Positions 38,091 through 46,339 of a stretch of DNA of 60,539 nt are shown here, one piece after another. How positions within the stretch are numbered: the first letter of the stretch is position 1; the number at the start of each line of letters is the position of its first letter. The notes under the pieces are model-generated. The model had not been told where the DNA came from. It searched no databases and was given only the letters and a program-made list of their open reading frames with translations. This stretch comes from an uncultured Candidatus Saccharibacteria bacterium. GTDB lineage: Bacteria > Patescibacteriota > Minisyncoccia > Phycocordibacterales > UBA918. Location of the stretch: the NCBI GenBank assembly GCA_964593375.1, contig CAZQIF010000004.1, positions 1 through 60,539 on the forward strand, read 5' to 3'. Made by a program: the position numbers and the translations under genes.

Positions 38091-38450
38091 TTGAAAGGTG
38101 ACACAATGTCACATTTCAAGAGATTCTAAATAGATTGAGCTTACGAAAACTATCATAGAACCTGAACTGTCCATGTAAGGAATTTTGAATAGTATTGTTT
38201 GGTCACTTTTTCTTTTTTGTTTGAAGAAAAAGTGACTTTGGCCTACTTTTTCATAGTGAAAGAAAAAGTAGGCAGACCAGAAGTTATTGTCGCTTCGCTC
38301 TGTAACTTCTAGGCCACTCAGAAATTATTTTCCTTACAGGAACTGTCCACTTGTTGGATTTTATTCGTCACCTCATAAAATCTCAACAAGTCTTGCGAAG
38401 CTCCAAGTATTCGCTTCTCACGCTACGCTCTGTAATTTCTGGCCACGGAC
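38091..38450. repeat. Structured intergenic repeat, copy 2 (same family and orientation as 8245..8605)
   Basis: Collinear with copy 1. The 80-nt core 38330..38409 is 79/80 identical to 8443..8522. It carries one extra hairpin, gcctactttttc-atagtgaaag-aaaaagtaggc. Confidence 0.85.
38358..38386 (-). promoter_or_regulatory. Sigma70-like promoter in repeat core, reading toward the giant genes
   Basis: The minus strand reads TTGAGA, 17 nt, TAAAAT. Hexamers and spacing are identical to 8471..8499; the single core mismatch falls in the spacer. Confidence 0.45.
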
Positions 38451-38487
38451 TCCAAAAATATAGTCACTTGCGTTCCTTATTTTTGGG

Positions 38488-40014
38488 TCACTTGAGAATC
38501 TTATTGACGTCACTAATCTCTTTTTCAATGAGTGTTTCAGAGACCTCGAGTGCCTGGTTGAGGCCTTCAACGGCTTCCCTTTCTTTCTTCGAAAGTCTTT
38601 GCTTCTTGGTAATCATATTAATTTGGTCGTAGATTTCATCACGGAGTGCTGAGAATATCTTTTCCATTTGGTCCTGAATTTCTTTTGTCTCTTTTCGAAG
38701 TTTGTGCTCTCGCTGTTCGTGCTGTTTCTTCATGTAGAACATGTACATGAACTGTCCGATGAGTCCAAGAAGCAAGAGAATGATGAAGAGGTTCTTTCCT
38801 TTGAAGATATCCCAGAATGAACTTTGGTCAACAACTGCTGCCGCTGGGTGCCAACCTGACGTAATAAGTACAGGCACCGTTGCTTCTGTTTTATTACCGG
38901 CAAAGTCAACCGCAACAACCTTTACGGTGTAGGTACCATCTTCAAGATTTTTGAGCATGTACCCAAGCTTTGCCTCATCGGGTGTTACCTCAAACATTTC
39001 ACCGTCTGCAATAGTCATCTCATACTTCTCTATACCTGATGTATCATCGTTCGCTTCAAAGGTAAGGAGCGGGAAGGCGGTTGGTGTGTTACCTGCACGG
39101 ACATTAATCGTGAATGGGCGTGGTGATTCGGTGTCAATCTTAATCATGCGGTGAAGCACACCTCCCCATCCAACCTGATTCTTGAATTGAAGTGTAAGAT
39201 ACTGAACACCCTCTAGGAGGACTCCTTCATTTGTTGAAAAGTCTTCTATCGGTGGGTCATACTTTGTCACCGGTGTTGCGTCAGCTGATGTTGCGATATC
39301 AAGTGCCACCTCAGTCACATCAAACGGGAGTGTCCACGTAAATACACCTATTTTTGTTGCATACCAAAGCTCAGGGTCAAGGAATGTGGTGGAGCCCGCT
39401 TCAGGCGCTCGAGGTGGGTCACCAAATGTAATTGCAGCATCGGTCGGCTTCTCTTCTTCTGGTTTAGGTGTTTCCTCTTCTACAGGTTCTGTTGGCTTCG
39501 TTTCAGGAATTGAAGCAGCACCAATGGTATATGAAGCAGGGGTGGTATTCGTATATACGTCAGTCCCAAGACCATCTGCAGCAAGCACAGAAGCAGAAGC
39601 AACAGAGACGTTACCAGTACCTTCTGCAAGTGCCTTTAAGGTCACCGTAATAAGTGTTGAACGTGAAGTGAATGGTGTTGGACTTCCTCCACCAAAATCA
39701 ATAGTGCCAGCTGCGTTAGAAAATGTTGGTTCTGTTGTCCAAAGTGAAAATACTGAGCCCGTTTTAGAAACGCTTATGACTGAAAGCTTTGTATTATCAA
39801 AAGAAAGTTTTGCCTCAACCGCATTAACACTTTTGGCTTGAGGATCTACTTGCACCGTTACCGTAAACGACTGTCCATTCGAATACGTACCCGTTGAAGG
39901 TGAAAAGTTGAGTTGTGCAGCATGTGAAATTCCATAGACACCAAAAAACCAAACACTAAGTGTGGTAAGGATTAGAATTTTTAGGATGTGCTTTAAATGA
40001 ACTGAAAGAACCAT
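38488..40014 (-). CDS. Type-I membrane cohesin protein (signal peptide, cohesin, Ig-like domains, TM helix, cytoplasmic coiled coil); paralogue of 5314..7041
   Basis: 508 aa. Cohesin block: LNFSPSTGTYSNGQSFTVTVQVDPQAKSVNAVEAKLSFDNTKLSVISVSKTGSVFSLWTTEPTFSNAAGTIDFGGGSP..VLAADGLGTDVYT. TM: LFIILLLLGLIGQFMYMFY. K/E-rich C-terminal tail. Confidence 0.8.
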   Translation of the reverse strand: MVLSVHLKHILKILILTTLSVWFFGVYGISHAAQLNFSPSTGTYSNGQSFTVTVQVDPQAKSVNAVEAKLSFDNTKLSVISVSKTGSVFSLWTTEPTFSNAAGTIDFGGGSPTPFTSRSTLITVTLKALAEGTGNVSVASASVLAADGLGTDVYTNTTPASYTIGAASIPETKPTEPVEEETPKPEEEKPTDAAITFGDPPRAPEAGSTTFLDPELWYATKIGVFTWTLPFDVTEVALDIATSADATPVTKYDPPIEDFSTNEGVLLEGVQYLTLQFKNQVGWGGVLHRMIKIDTESPRPFTINVRAGNTPTAFPLLTFEANDDTSGIEKYEMTIADGEMFEVTPDEAKLGYMLKNLEDGTYTVKVVAVDFAGNKTEATVPVLITSGWHPAAAVVDQSSFWDIFKGKNLFIILLLLGLIGQFMYMFYMKKQHEQREHKLRKETKEIQDQMEKIFSALRDEIYDQINMITKKQRLSKKEREAVEGLNQALEVSETLIEKEISDVNKILK

Positions 40015-40030
40015 ACGTAGTATTACTGCA

Positions 40031-40492
40031 TCACCGCTCCTTCGTGCGTGCCCGACTTATCTTGAGTCGCACCTTTTCCTTTTCTTCAGGTTTGAGAAGG
40101 GGCAACACTAAAACAAGAACTCCGTTCTTTATCTTTGCTTCCGCAGAAGTAATATCAACACTTTCTGGCAAAATAATGCGACGATAGAAATCACCCCAGA
40201 CACATTCTTCGGTAAAATATGCACCATCTGGCTTCTTTTTTGGAAAAGCCAAGTGCTCAGGACGTAATCGTTTTCCTTCAATAAGGACGACGTCAGCGTC
40301 GCCTTCAATGGAGACATGAATATCAGTAAGCTCCGCACCCGCTGCTTGTGCATACACAATAATGAGATCAGTGGTTTGAAACACATCGACATCAAGTTGC
40401 ACTATTTTGTCGAGAGCTGTTTCTTCCTCACTTGATTGCAAGCGTTGTTCGGTACGGATACCCCTCCCTTTGAGTCTTTGCAAAAAGGACAT
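40031..40492 (-). CDS. Small heat-shock protein, Hsp20/alpha-crystallin family
   Basis: 153 aa. Alpha-crystallin core: VDVFQTTDLIIVYAQAAGAELTDIHVSIEGDADVVLIEGKR...GDFYRRIILPESVDITSAEAKIKNGVLVLVLP. Confidence 0.85.
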   Translation of the reverse strand: MSFLQRLKGRGIRTEQRLQSSEEETALDKIVQLDVDVFQTTDLIIVYAQAAGAELTDIHVSIEGDADVVLIEGKRLRPEHLAFPKKKPDGAYFTEECVWGDFYRRIILPESVDITSAEAKIKNGVLVLVLPLLKPEEKEKVRLKISRARTKER

Positions 40493-40557
40493 ACTGAAAC
40501 ATTATACGTTATCGCGCAAAGTTTTTTTTGAGAGTTATACACAAACGTAAGTTTGTT

Positions 40558-40593
40558 CATAACAAAATTTTTTATGTATAAAATTTTGTTATG
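40558..40593. promoter_or_regulatory. Perfect 14-bp inverted repeat upstream of hsp20 (candidate operator)
   Basis: cataacaaaatttt-ttatgtat-aaaattttgttatg, 66-101 nt upstream of the hsp20 start. It does not match the CIRCE or HAIR consensus. Confidence 0.35.
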
Positions 40594-40790
40594 GCTAAGG
40601 TTCTCTAAATTCCCTGCGGGAATAACAGAACCTAAGCACACAAACAGAAATAATGTAAAACTAAAATTGAAAAAATAAAAACCCTGTCACGTCACATCGA
40701 GTACAAAACTGTTAATCGGGTGATTTAACAATACTGATTTTCAAAGCACATTTGCTCGAACTTTTCCTTTTTAATTTTTACTTTTTATAT

Positions 40791-42656
40791 TTAGCCCGTC
40801 CAATTGAATATCATGATAGAGAAGTCCGTCAGTGACACCTTGCCGTCTTGGTTGATGTCAGCTGGTGGGTTTGAGTTCCCTCCTGCGGTATTCCACCAGA
40901 AAAGCATAATAGAAAAGTCTATAAGGTTAACCTTAGTATCACGGTTGAGGTCTGAAGTCTGAGGACCTTTTGCCTGTTCACCAACACCATAATAGGTGAA
41001 ATCTGAGAAGTTTGTGGTGACACCAAGCTCTTGCTTCGCCTTTGCTCTCACTTTGTATGTTCCAGTCTTAAATCCTTCGGTACTTACGTCAATAGTCCAC
41101 GCCCCGTTTCCATCAGAAGTCGTAGTAAAGGTCTTTAGTGTCGCGCTTGATTTATCGTTTTGGTTTTCAATCGTGATTGTTGCGTCAGGAACTGCATATC
41201 CAGAGAATGTAACCGTCGTGTTTGGGTCAACCGGATTTGGCGTGACTTTAATTGATGGCATGACATTTACGTTTGAGAGTGTCGACCCTCTCGCTCCCGT
41301 GACTGAGAATGTGGTTGAGTAGGTACTCGATTTGATATTGTTTCGGTCAATTGCATATACTCCAAAGGTATACACACCACGGGCGATTGCATCAATCGTC
41401 ACTGAAAAGCTACCGTCGGCAGCAGCGTTGCTGTTTTCAGCAAGCTGACCATCAACGAGAATATAGACCGTACTTCGAGGAAACGCATAACCATTTATGA
41501 TGACACGACCATCGCCACTTTGATATGGCTGTACTGTTCCTTCAAATCCACCGCTATCTGTTCCACTATCTCCAGAAGTTCCACCACCTCCACCACCACC
41601 TCCACCACCACCTCCACCACCACCAGAAGTTGAACCACCTGAATTACCTCCAGATGAACCATCTCCCGAACCACTACCACCGGTTCCTGTCCCTCCACCC
41701 TGTCCCTCTCCCTCATTTGAACCATCATCTCCGGGGATTCCTGTTGGGTATTCTGGGACTGTGAATGATATAGCATAGTCGTCTTGGTTTATGTTGCCTT
41801 CATCGTCAGTACAACGTACGTACACGGTATACGTAGTGTTTGTAGCAACATCAATTTCATCTGGGTGAATCGTTTTATATCCGTTGGTAAATTGAATTCC
41901 CATGGAAGCATATGGTGTTCCGGAAGCATAGCTGTATCGACACTTTGCAAACTCATCGGTTTCAAGCGATATCTGAACACGAAGTGTTGTTCCTGAAATA
42001 GTGCCCGAAGGTGCCCCATTAAAACGAAATGGGGGATCTGTTTCTCGCGTGTCAATGTTCGGGACTTCAACTGATTCAATAATCGCAACATGACCCTTAA
42101 CCCGTTCACTCGTCGCACCCCCTCCCGTCTCAATAAAAAAATCATGTGTGCCTGTTGCTACTGGATTAAGAATGCCACTATCGGTAACCGTTGCATTACT
42201 CGTGTGCTTGCCCGCAAGAAGTCGCACATATGCATTCGCGGGAATACCGATAGTTGAATTTAAAATTACTTCAATGTTTCCTGATGTTCCTGTTGTGATA
42301 TTAATTCCATCGTCGGTTGCATCAGCGGTGGTTGTAGCTGAACGTACCTGAAACCCTGATGATGTTGAAACGAATAATTGCACATTGTCGATATCGAAAT
42401 CAAGAGCGGGAATTGTAAAATCATTTGGTGCCGGAACGAATCGAACATACCCACCAGGTGGTATCGGCACCGTCGTCTTAAATTCAATTGTATGGTTAGA
42501 GGAATCACCTGGGCCAGAATCTGAAAGCGTATCTTTATACTCACGAACCGTTGCAGCGTATGCATTCGCAGACATTAAAAGTAATACACAAACAAAAAAC
42601 AGCTTGAGTACACTCCGTACTGTTTTTATACGTAAAAACTGACCCAATACATGCAT
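40791..42656 (-). CDS. Secreted protein: conserved DTLSDS..SNH.IEF N-module, poly-Gly/Ser linker, Ig-like domains, C-terminal dockerin
   Basis: 621 aa. Signal LKLFFVCVLLLMSANAYA. N-module YKDTLSDSGPGDSSNHTIEFKTT. G-rich linker including a run of ~15 Gly. Dockerin: SDLNRDTKVNLIDFSIMLFWW...ADINQDGKVSLTDFSIMIFNWTG. Confidence 0.8.
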   Translation of the reverse strand: MHVLGQFLRIKTVRSVLKLFFVCVLLLMSANAYAATVREYKDTLSDSGPGDSSNHTIEFKTTVPIPPGGYVRFVPAPNDFTIPALDFDIDNVQLFVSTSSGFQVRSATTTADATDDGINITTGTSGNIEVILNSTIGIPANAYVRLLAGKHTSNATVTDSGILNPVATGTHDFFIETGGGATSERVKGHVAIIESVEVPNIDTRETDPPFRFNGAPSGTISGTTLRVQISLETDEFAKCRYSYASGTPYASMGIQFTNGYKTIHPDEIDVATNTTYTVYVRCTDDEGNINQDDYAISFTVPEYPTGIPGDDGSNEGEGQGGGTGTGGSGSGDGSSGGNSGGSTSGGGGGGGGGGGGGGGTSGDSGTDSGGFEGTVQPYQSGDGRVIINGYAFPRSTVYILVDGQLAENSNAAADGSFSVTIDAIARGVYTFGVYAIDRNNIKSSTYSTTFSVTGARGSTLSNVNVMPSIKVTPNPVDPNTTVTFSGYAVPDATITIENQNDKSSATLKTFTTTSDGNGAWTIDVSTEGFKTGTYKVRAKAKQELGVTTNFSDFTYYGVGEQAKGPQTSDLNRDTKVNLIDFSIMLFWWNTAGGNSNPPADINQDGKVSLTDFSIMIFNWTG

Positions 42657-42744
42657 GGTACTTATTTATTGTACCGTATTACGCAAGAATAGTGGGAGCG
42701 GGGTGCGTATAATTGGCGGGGGAATATTTGCAAAGGGACTATAT

Positions 42745-42920
42745 GGTCGCATTTTCTTCTTTGTTTGAAGAAAATGCGGCAGGCTCAGAAATTATTGTCG
42801 CTTGCGCTCGTTATTTTTGGGTCACTTCATAAAAGCTGTTTTGTTGAGCAAAATTCGCGGCAAAACAAAGTTTTTGAAAACATTGAGTCGAATAATGTCC
42901 TTTTGACGTTTAACTACGGG
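42745..42920. repeat. Composite intergenic repeats: partial copy of the 8245-type repeat plus a diverged long-hairpin element
   Basis: 42745..42835 (ggtcgcattttcttctttgtttgaagaaaatgcg..cagaaattattgtcgcttgcgctcgttatttttgggtcac) parallels 8347..8420. 42845..42920 shares aaaattcgcggcaaaacaaagtttttga and gtttaac with 10340..10420. Confidence 0.7.
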
Positions 42921-42992
42921 GTGCGTCTAGCACTTTCATCATGTACGATGAAAGTGAGACGGAAATTCAGCATTGTCGCTACGCTCTGTGCT

Positions 42993-43799
42993 TCATTTCA
43001 CGCAGCGGAAACCAATACCAATACCCGATGAAGAAGGTGGAGTATCAGCGTGAGCAGTGTATATACCGGCATCCTTTCCGCTGTCATAATACCCACCGCG
43101 AATAATTCCGTACGCACCTGAATGTGCTACCCAGAAGTAATCATTTCCAAAGAGTGGTTGCGGTTCTTTGCTCGACATCGTTGCCATTCCACCGCCATCA
43201 ACTTGCGCAACATATCCTTCCTCGGGAAGTTTGCGCTCTTCATATGTTCCATCAATAATATCGTCACTCACCCACTCCCAAACATTTCCAACTAAGTCAA
43301 AGGCACCATGTGGTGAGACACAGTTTGGCAAAGCTCCTGTTGCTAAAACGGCACGCGAACTCACATTACAAGAATCCTCAACTGACGCCATACCAAGGCT
43401 AAGCAAATACCATTCATTACTCGTTGGAAGTCGCTTCCCTGCGCGCGCACACATTTGCATTGCTTGGTCTCTTGTGACAAAACGCCACGGGTACGCATCC
43501 GCCTTTGAGTCAGGGAGACATCCGGCTGTTTCAATATTTCTATTTGAGGAAAGGGGGTTGTCAGGGTCTTTCACGGGACAGTTTTTCCCGGTCGAAACCT
43601 CATATGTATCAACACACGTAATTGATTCAGTGTTCAGAACCACACTCATACCTGACGGACACTTGCCCTCTGCTTTCGAGCCTATTACTTGCGAGAGGAG
43701 TGTTCCATCAGAGCCGGTAAAGGTATCCGCAGCATCAATACCGAGTGCTGTGATTATGACCGCACCAAAAATAACCAGTGTTGTTTTCCACCACTTCAT
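42993..43799 (-). CDS. Membrane-anchored FGE/SUMF1-fold (formylglycine-generating-enzyme family) protein
   Basis: 268 aa. N-terminal TM TLVIFGAVIITALGI. Family motifs RLPTSNEWYLLS, GAFDLVGNVWEWVSD, IIRGGYYDSG, GIGFRCVK. Confidence 0.8.
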   Translation of the reverse strand: MKWWKTTLVIFGAVIITALGIDAADTFTGSDGTLLSQVIGSKAEGKCPSGMSVVLNTESITCVDTYEVSTGKNCPVKDPDNPLSSNRNIETAGCLPDSKADAYPWRFVTRDQAMQMCARAGKRLPTSNEWYLLSLGMASVEDSCNVSSRAVLATGALPNCVSPHGAFDLVGNVWEWVSDDIIDGTYEERKLPEEGYVAQVDGGGMATMSSKEPQPLFGNDYFWVAHSGAYGIIRGGYYDSGKDAGIYTAHADTPPSSSGIGIGFRCVK

Positions 43800-43825
43800 A
43801 AATACAGTATACCCCTACCTCTTCG

Positions 43826-44683
43826 CTAAATGACGTCTTCTACACACCTAAACCCAACACCTTGACTTCCGAATGATGTTCCCACCGATGCGTTTACCGT
43901 ATAGAGTCCCGCATCTGTGTCACTTCCATAAAATCCTCCACGAATCATGCCAAACACTCCTTCATTTTTTGACCAGACATAGTCCGCACCATACAGTTCA
44001 TCTGGATTTTCTGCAGATGTGATTGCAACACCCGAAGCATCAACTGATGAAACGTATCCTTCTTCAGGAAGTGCGCGTTCCTTAAACATATTTCCCTGTA
44101 CTGTTTCATCAACCCATTCCCACATATTTCCCACAACATCAAATGCTCCAACTGAAGAAACGCATCCCTCCGTACCAGTGTTTGTTCTACTTACCGCCTT
44201 TACTATGCACGAATTTGAATCTGTCCCAAGCGCAAAGCGATACCATTCGTCACTTTTCGGGAGTCGCTTCCCGGCGCCCGCGCACATGCGCTGTGCCTGT
44301 GGAAGCGAGATATAACTCCAGGGTTGAACTCCTTTGACTGATGCAGCATAACACTCACTCGCATTTGCATTTTTTTCGGTTTCAAGAAGATTCACTGGAT
44401 TATGATGTGGACACTTTTCTGAAGGGCTGGCTTCGTATATATCGACACAGAGAATACCAACGTCCTGCTTCATTGCCACCATACCAGCTCGACATGGACC
44501 ACTTTCGCCCCCACTTGTGAGGCCGAGCATGTTGTTATCAATTCCACGAAGTCCATCCGATGCAAAAATACCAAGGGTCGATACAAATATCGCACCAAGA
44601 ACCGTCAAACCACCCTTAAGCAGCTTGCTCTTCATAATATTGTTTACGTTCGCGCTTCCAGTCCATCGCGTAGTTAAAGACAA
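43826..44683 (-). CDS. Membrane-anchored FGE/SUMF1-fold protein, tandem paralogue
   Basis: 285-aa ORF; likely start is M17 at nt 44635 (MKSKLLKGGLTVLGAIFVSTLGIFA). Motifs RLPKSDEWYRFALG, GAFDVVGNMWEWVDE, MIRGGFYGS, GVGFRCVED. Confidence 0.8.
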   Translation of the reverse strand: MSLTTRWTGSANVNNIMKSKLLKGGLTVLGAIFVSTLGIFASDGLRGIDNNMLGLTSGGESGPCRAGMVAMKQDVGILCVDIYEASPSEKCPHHNPVNLLETEKNANASECYAASVKGVQPWSYISLPQAQRMCAGAGKRLPKSDEWYRFALGTDSNSCIVKAVSRTNTGTEGCVSSVGAFDVVGNMWEWVDETVQGNMFKERALPEEGYVSSVDASGVAITSAENPDELYGADYVWSKNEGVFGMIRGGFYGSDTDAGLYTVNASVGTSFGSQGVGFRCVEDVI

Positions 44684-45008
44684 TGAGCGTCGTTAGAATA
44701 AAGAGAATTGAGCTGAGTACATAGGTCGAATAATCTGTCTTTCCAGCACTCGCATAATCACGTGCAGCAATTTCTCGCTCACGTTCATCAAGGGCTCTGT
44801 CTCGCTCCTCAAGTTGCGCTGAAAGTGAGTTAAGCTCATTCTCTGGTATTGAGGCAAACATACCTACACTACTGCTCGCAAGAAATTGTAGGGCATTATC
44901 AGAGAGTTGTTTAGTGAGCGGAATCACAAATCCACCATCAAAAACAAGCATCAGTGTCACAACAATCGCAGCCACTCGCAATGTTTTATGGTACACACTC
45001 ACAAGCAT
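44616..45008 (-). CDS. Small two-TM membrane protein with central coiled coil, unknown function
   Basis: 130 aa. TM VAAIVVTLMLVFDGGFVI, charged helix LSAQLEERDRALDEREREIAARD, then TM VLSSILFILTTLIVF. Confidence 0.5.
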   Translation of the reverse strand: MLVSVYHKTLRVAAIVVTLMLVFDGGFVIPLTKQLSDNALQFLASSSVGMFASIPENELNSLSAQLEERDRALDEREREIAARDYASAGKTDYSTYVLSSILFILTTLIVFNYAMDWKRERKQYYEEQAA

Positions 45009-45029
45009 GTCTCTATAATATCACAGCAC

Positions 45030-46106
45030 TTACGCAAAGAAGATGAGGAGCATAATCAGGAAGAGGACAAGTACCGCCATGAGCGAGACGAAGACAAAAG
45101 CAAATCGAGAAATACCAACTTGCTTTCGGTAGCGTTGTGTTGGAATCCTTCGGCCACCCGCAGCACGCATAATTGCTTGGTTGATGTAGTATCTCGTGAG
45201 GAGATACCCTCCAATTGAGATTATAAGAAAGCCAACAATAACTGGGATGAGTACCTTTGTTGGAAACACCCAAAACACAAGACTCGCATCAATAGTTTTT
45301 TGACCACCATCACCATCATATCCAAGCGCAAGAACTGCTTCATATCGTCCAAAACCGATTCCCTCATCCTCCCAACTAAATTCAAAATCGCGTACCGTTG
45401 CAGGAAAAACACCCGCCTGGTTATCATTCACTAAAATGACTGTTGGCTGACCGCCAAACATACTCGTAATCGTAAGTGGACCTCGAGGACGAATGAGAAT
45501 GTTCCCTTGGTTCTCAATCTTTGCCAAGAAATTAACATTTTTTGAACTATAAAATAATTTGTCAGTTGAAAAAGAGCGTACTCGAGCAGAGTCGGTGATT
45601 TCGCCACTAATACGAATACTAATGATTGATGCAACTTCGTACCCGACTCCAGCTCCCATTTCACGAAGCTTTGGAGGTTCGAGTGAGACGAAGACTCCAC
45701 CAAAGTGACTTCCAGGTGTTGCGTTGTCGGGTATGGTAATGATGAGCGGTAAGGTTACTTCACCTTTTGGAGGAATCGTGACTGGTTCAGTTTGAAGCGA
45801 AATCCATTCGGTAACCTCATATCCTGTCTTCTCTTCACCTTCATCAGCAAAAACTGGCACACCCCCCTCCTCAACACCCTTAATGTTACGCTTATAGAGG
45901 AAGTACTGTTTTTCCTCGTCGCTTTGATTTGTGACCGTCAGTGTCTCATTCAGTACAGTTCCTGGATCTGCTGCTTTTTCTATAGTGGCGGGGATAAGTT
46001 TTATGCCCGCGCCTTGTGCGTATACCTCGCTACTCTGCACAAAAAAAAGTCCAATGACGAGGACAAAAAAGTACAAACAAAATCTCTTCATACGTAATTT
46101 GTACAT
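45030..46106 (-). CDS. Signal-peptide protein with Ig-like ectodomains and C-terminal TM anchor, DUF916/DUF3324-like (tentative)
   Basis: 358 aa. Signal FCLYFFVLVIGLFFVQSSEVYA. AGIKLIPATIEKAADPGTVLNETLTVTNQSDEEKQYFLYKRNI. ...GRYEAVLALGYDGDGGQKTIDASLVFWVFP, then TM LIPVIVGFLIISIGGYLL, and a second hydrophobic tail. Confidence 0.7.
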   Translation of the reverse strand: MYKLRMKRFCLYFFVLVIGLFFVQSSEVYAQGAGIKLIPATIEKAADPGTVLNETLTVTNQSDEEKQYFLYKRNIKGVEEGGVPVFADEGEEKTGYEVTEWISLQTEPVTIPPKGEVTLPLIITIPDNATPGSHFGGVFVSLEPPKLREMGAGVGYEVASIISIRISGEITDSARVRSFSTDKLFYSSKNVNFLAKIENQGNILIRPRGPLTITSMFGGQPTVILVNDNQAGVFPATVRDFEFSWEDEGIGFGRYEAVLALGYDGDGGQKTIDASLVFWVFPTKVLIPVIVGFLIISIGGYLLTRYYINQAIMRAAGGRRIPTQRYRKQVGISRFAFVFVSLMAVLVLFLIMLLIFFA

Positions 46107-46296
46107 CGTATCACTATGTCGTGAGTTGCTCTAGTAATGTGCTGTATATAAGCACGAGAAAATTGAATAGAAAGTATTTGGTCATTTAGAGTCATTACAA
46201 AGCAATTCAGACTTTTCTGATATAAATTATATTAGTAACGGACAAACAGAGTATTCGTAATCTTAGAATCCTATTCGAGTGCTCGTATAAATAAAC

Positions 46297-46321
46297 AAAA
46301 CTCCCATAAAATGGGAGTTTT
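46297..46321 (-). terminator. Intrinsic terminator after 46340..47584
   Basis: aaaactccca-taaaa-tgggagtttt: a 7-bp GC-containing stem flanked by A and T runs, 19 nt beyond the stop. Confidence 0.65.
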
Positions 46322-46339
46322 ATTTTACTAATAGTGACT

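Noticed and set aside
43168-43833. 221-aa plus-strand ORF. The same applies to 5324..5968, 6422..7027, 1800..2321, 39386..39841 and other antisense ORFs >100 aa.
   Set aside because: All are antisense to ORFs with clear domain signatures. They show S/T/V/P-rich mirror-image composition with no starts or RBS context. These are typical shadow ORFs.
42993-44683. Diversity-generating retroelement, with the FGE-fold proteins as variable targets.
   Set aside because: No reverse-transcriptase ORF and no template repeat are visible in the window. The two genes differ along their whole length, not only at adenine-templated positions. I kept it only as a check in the findings.
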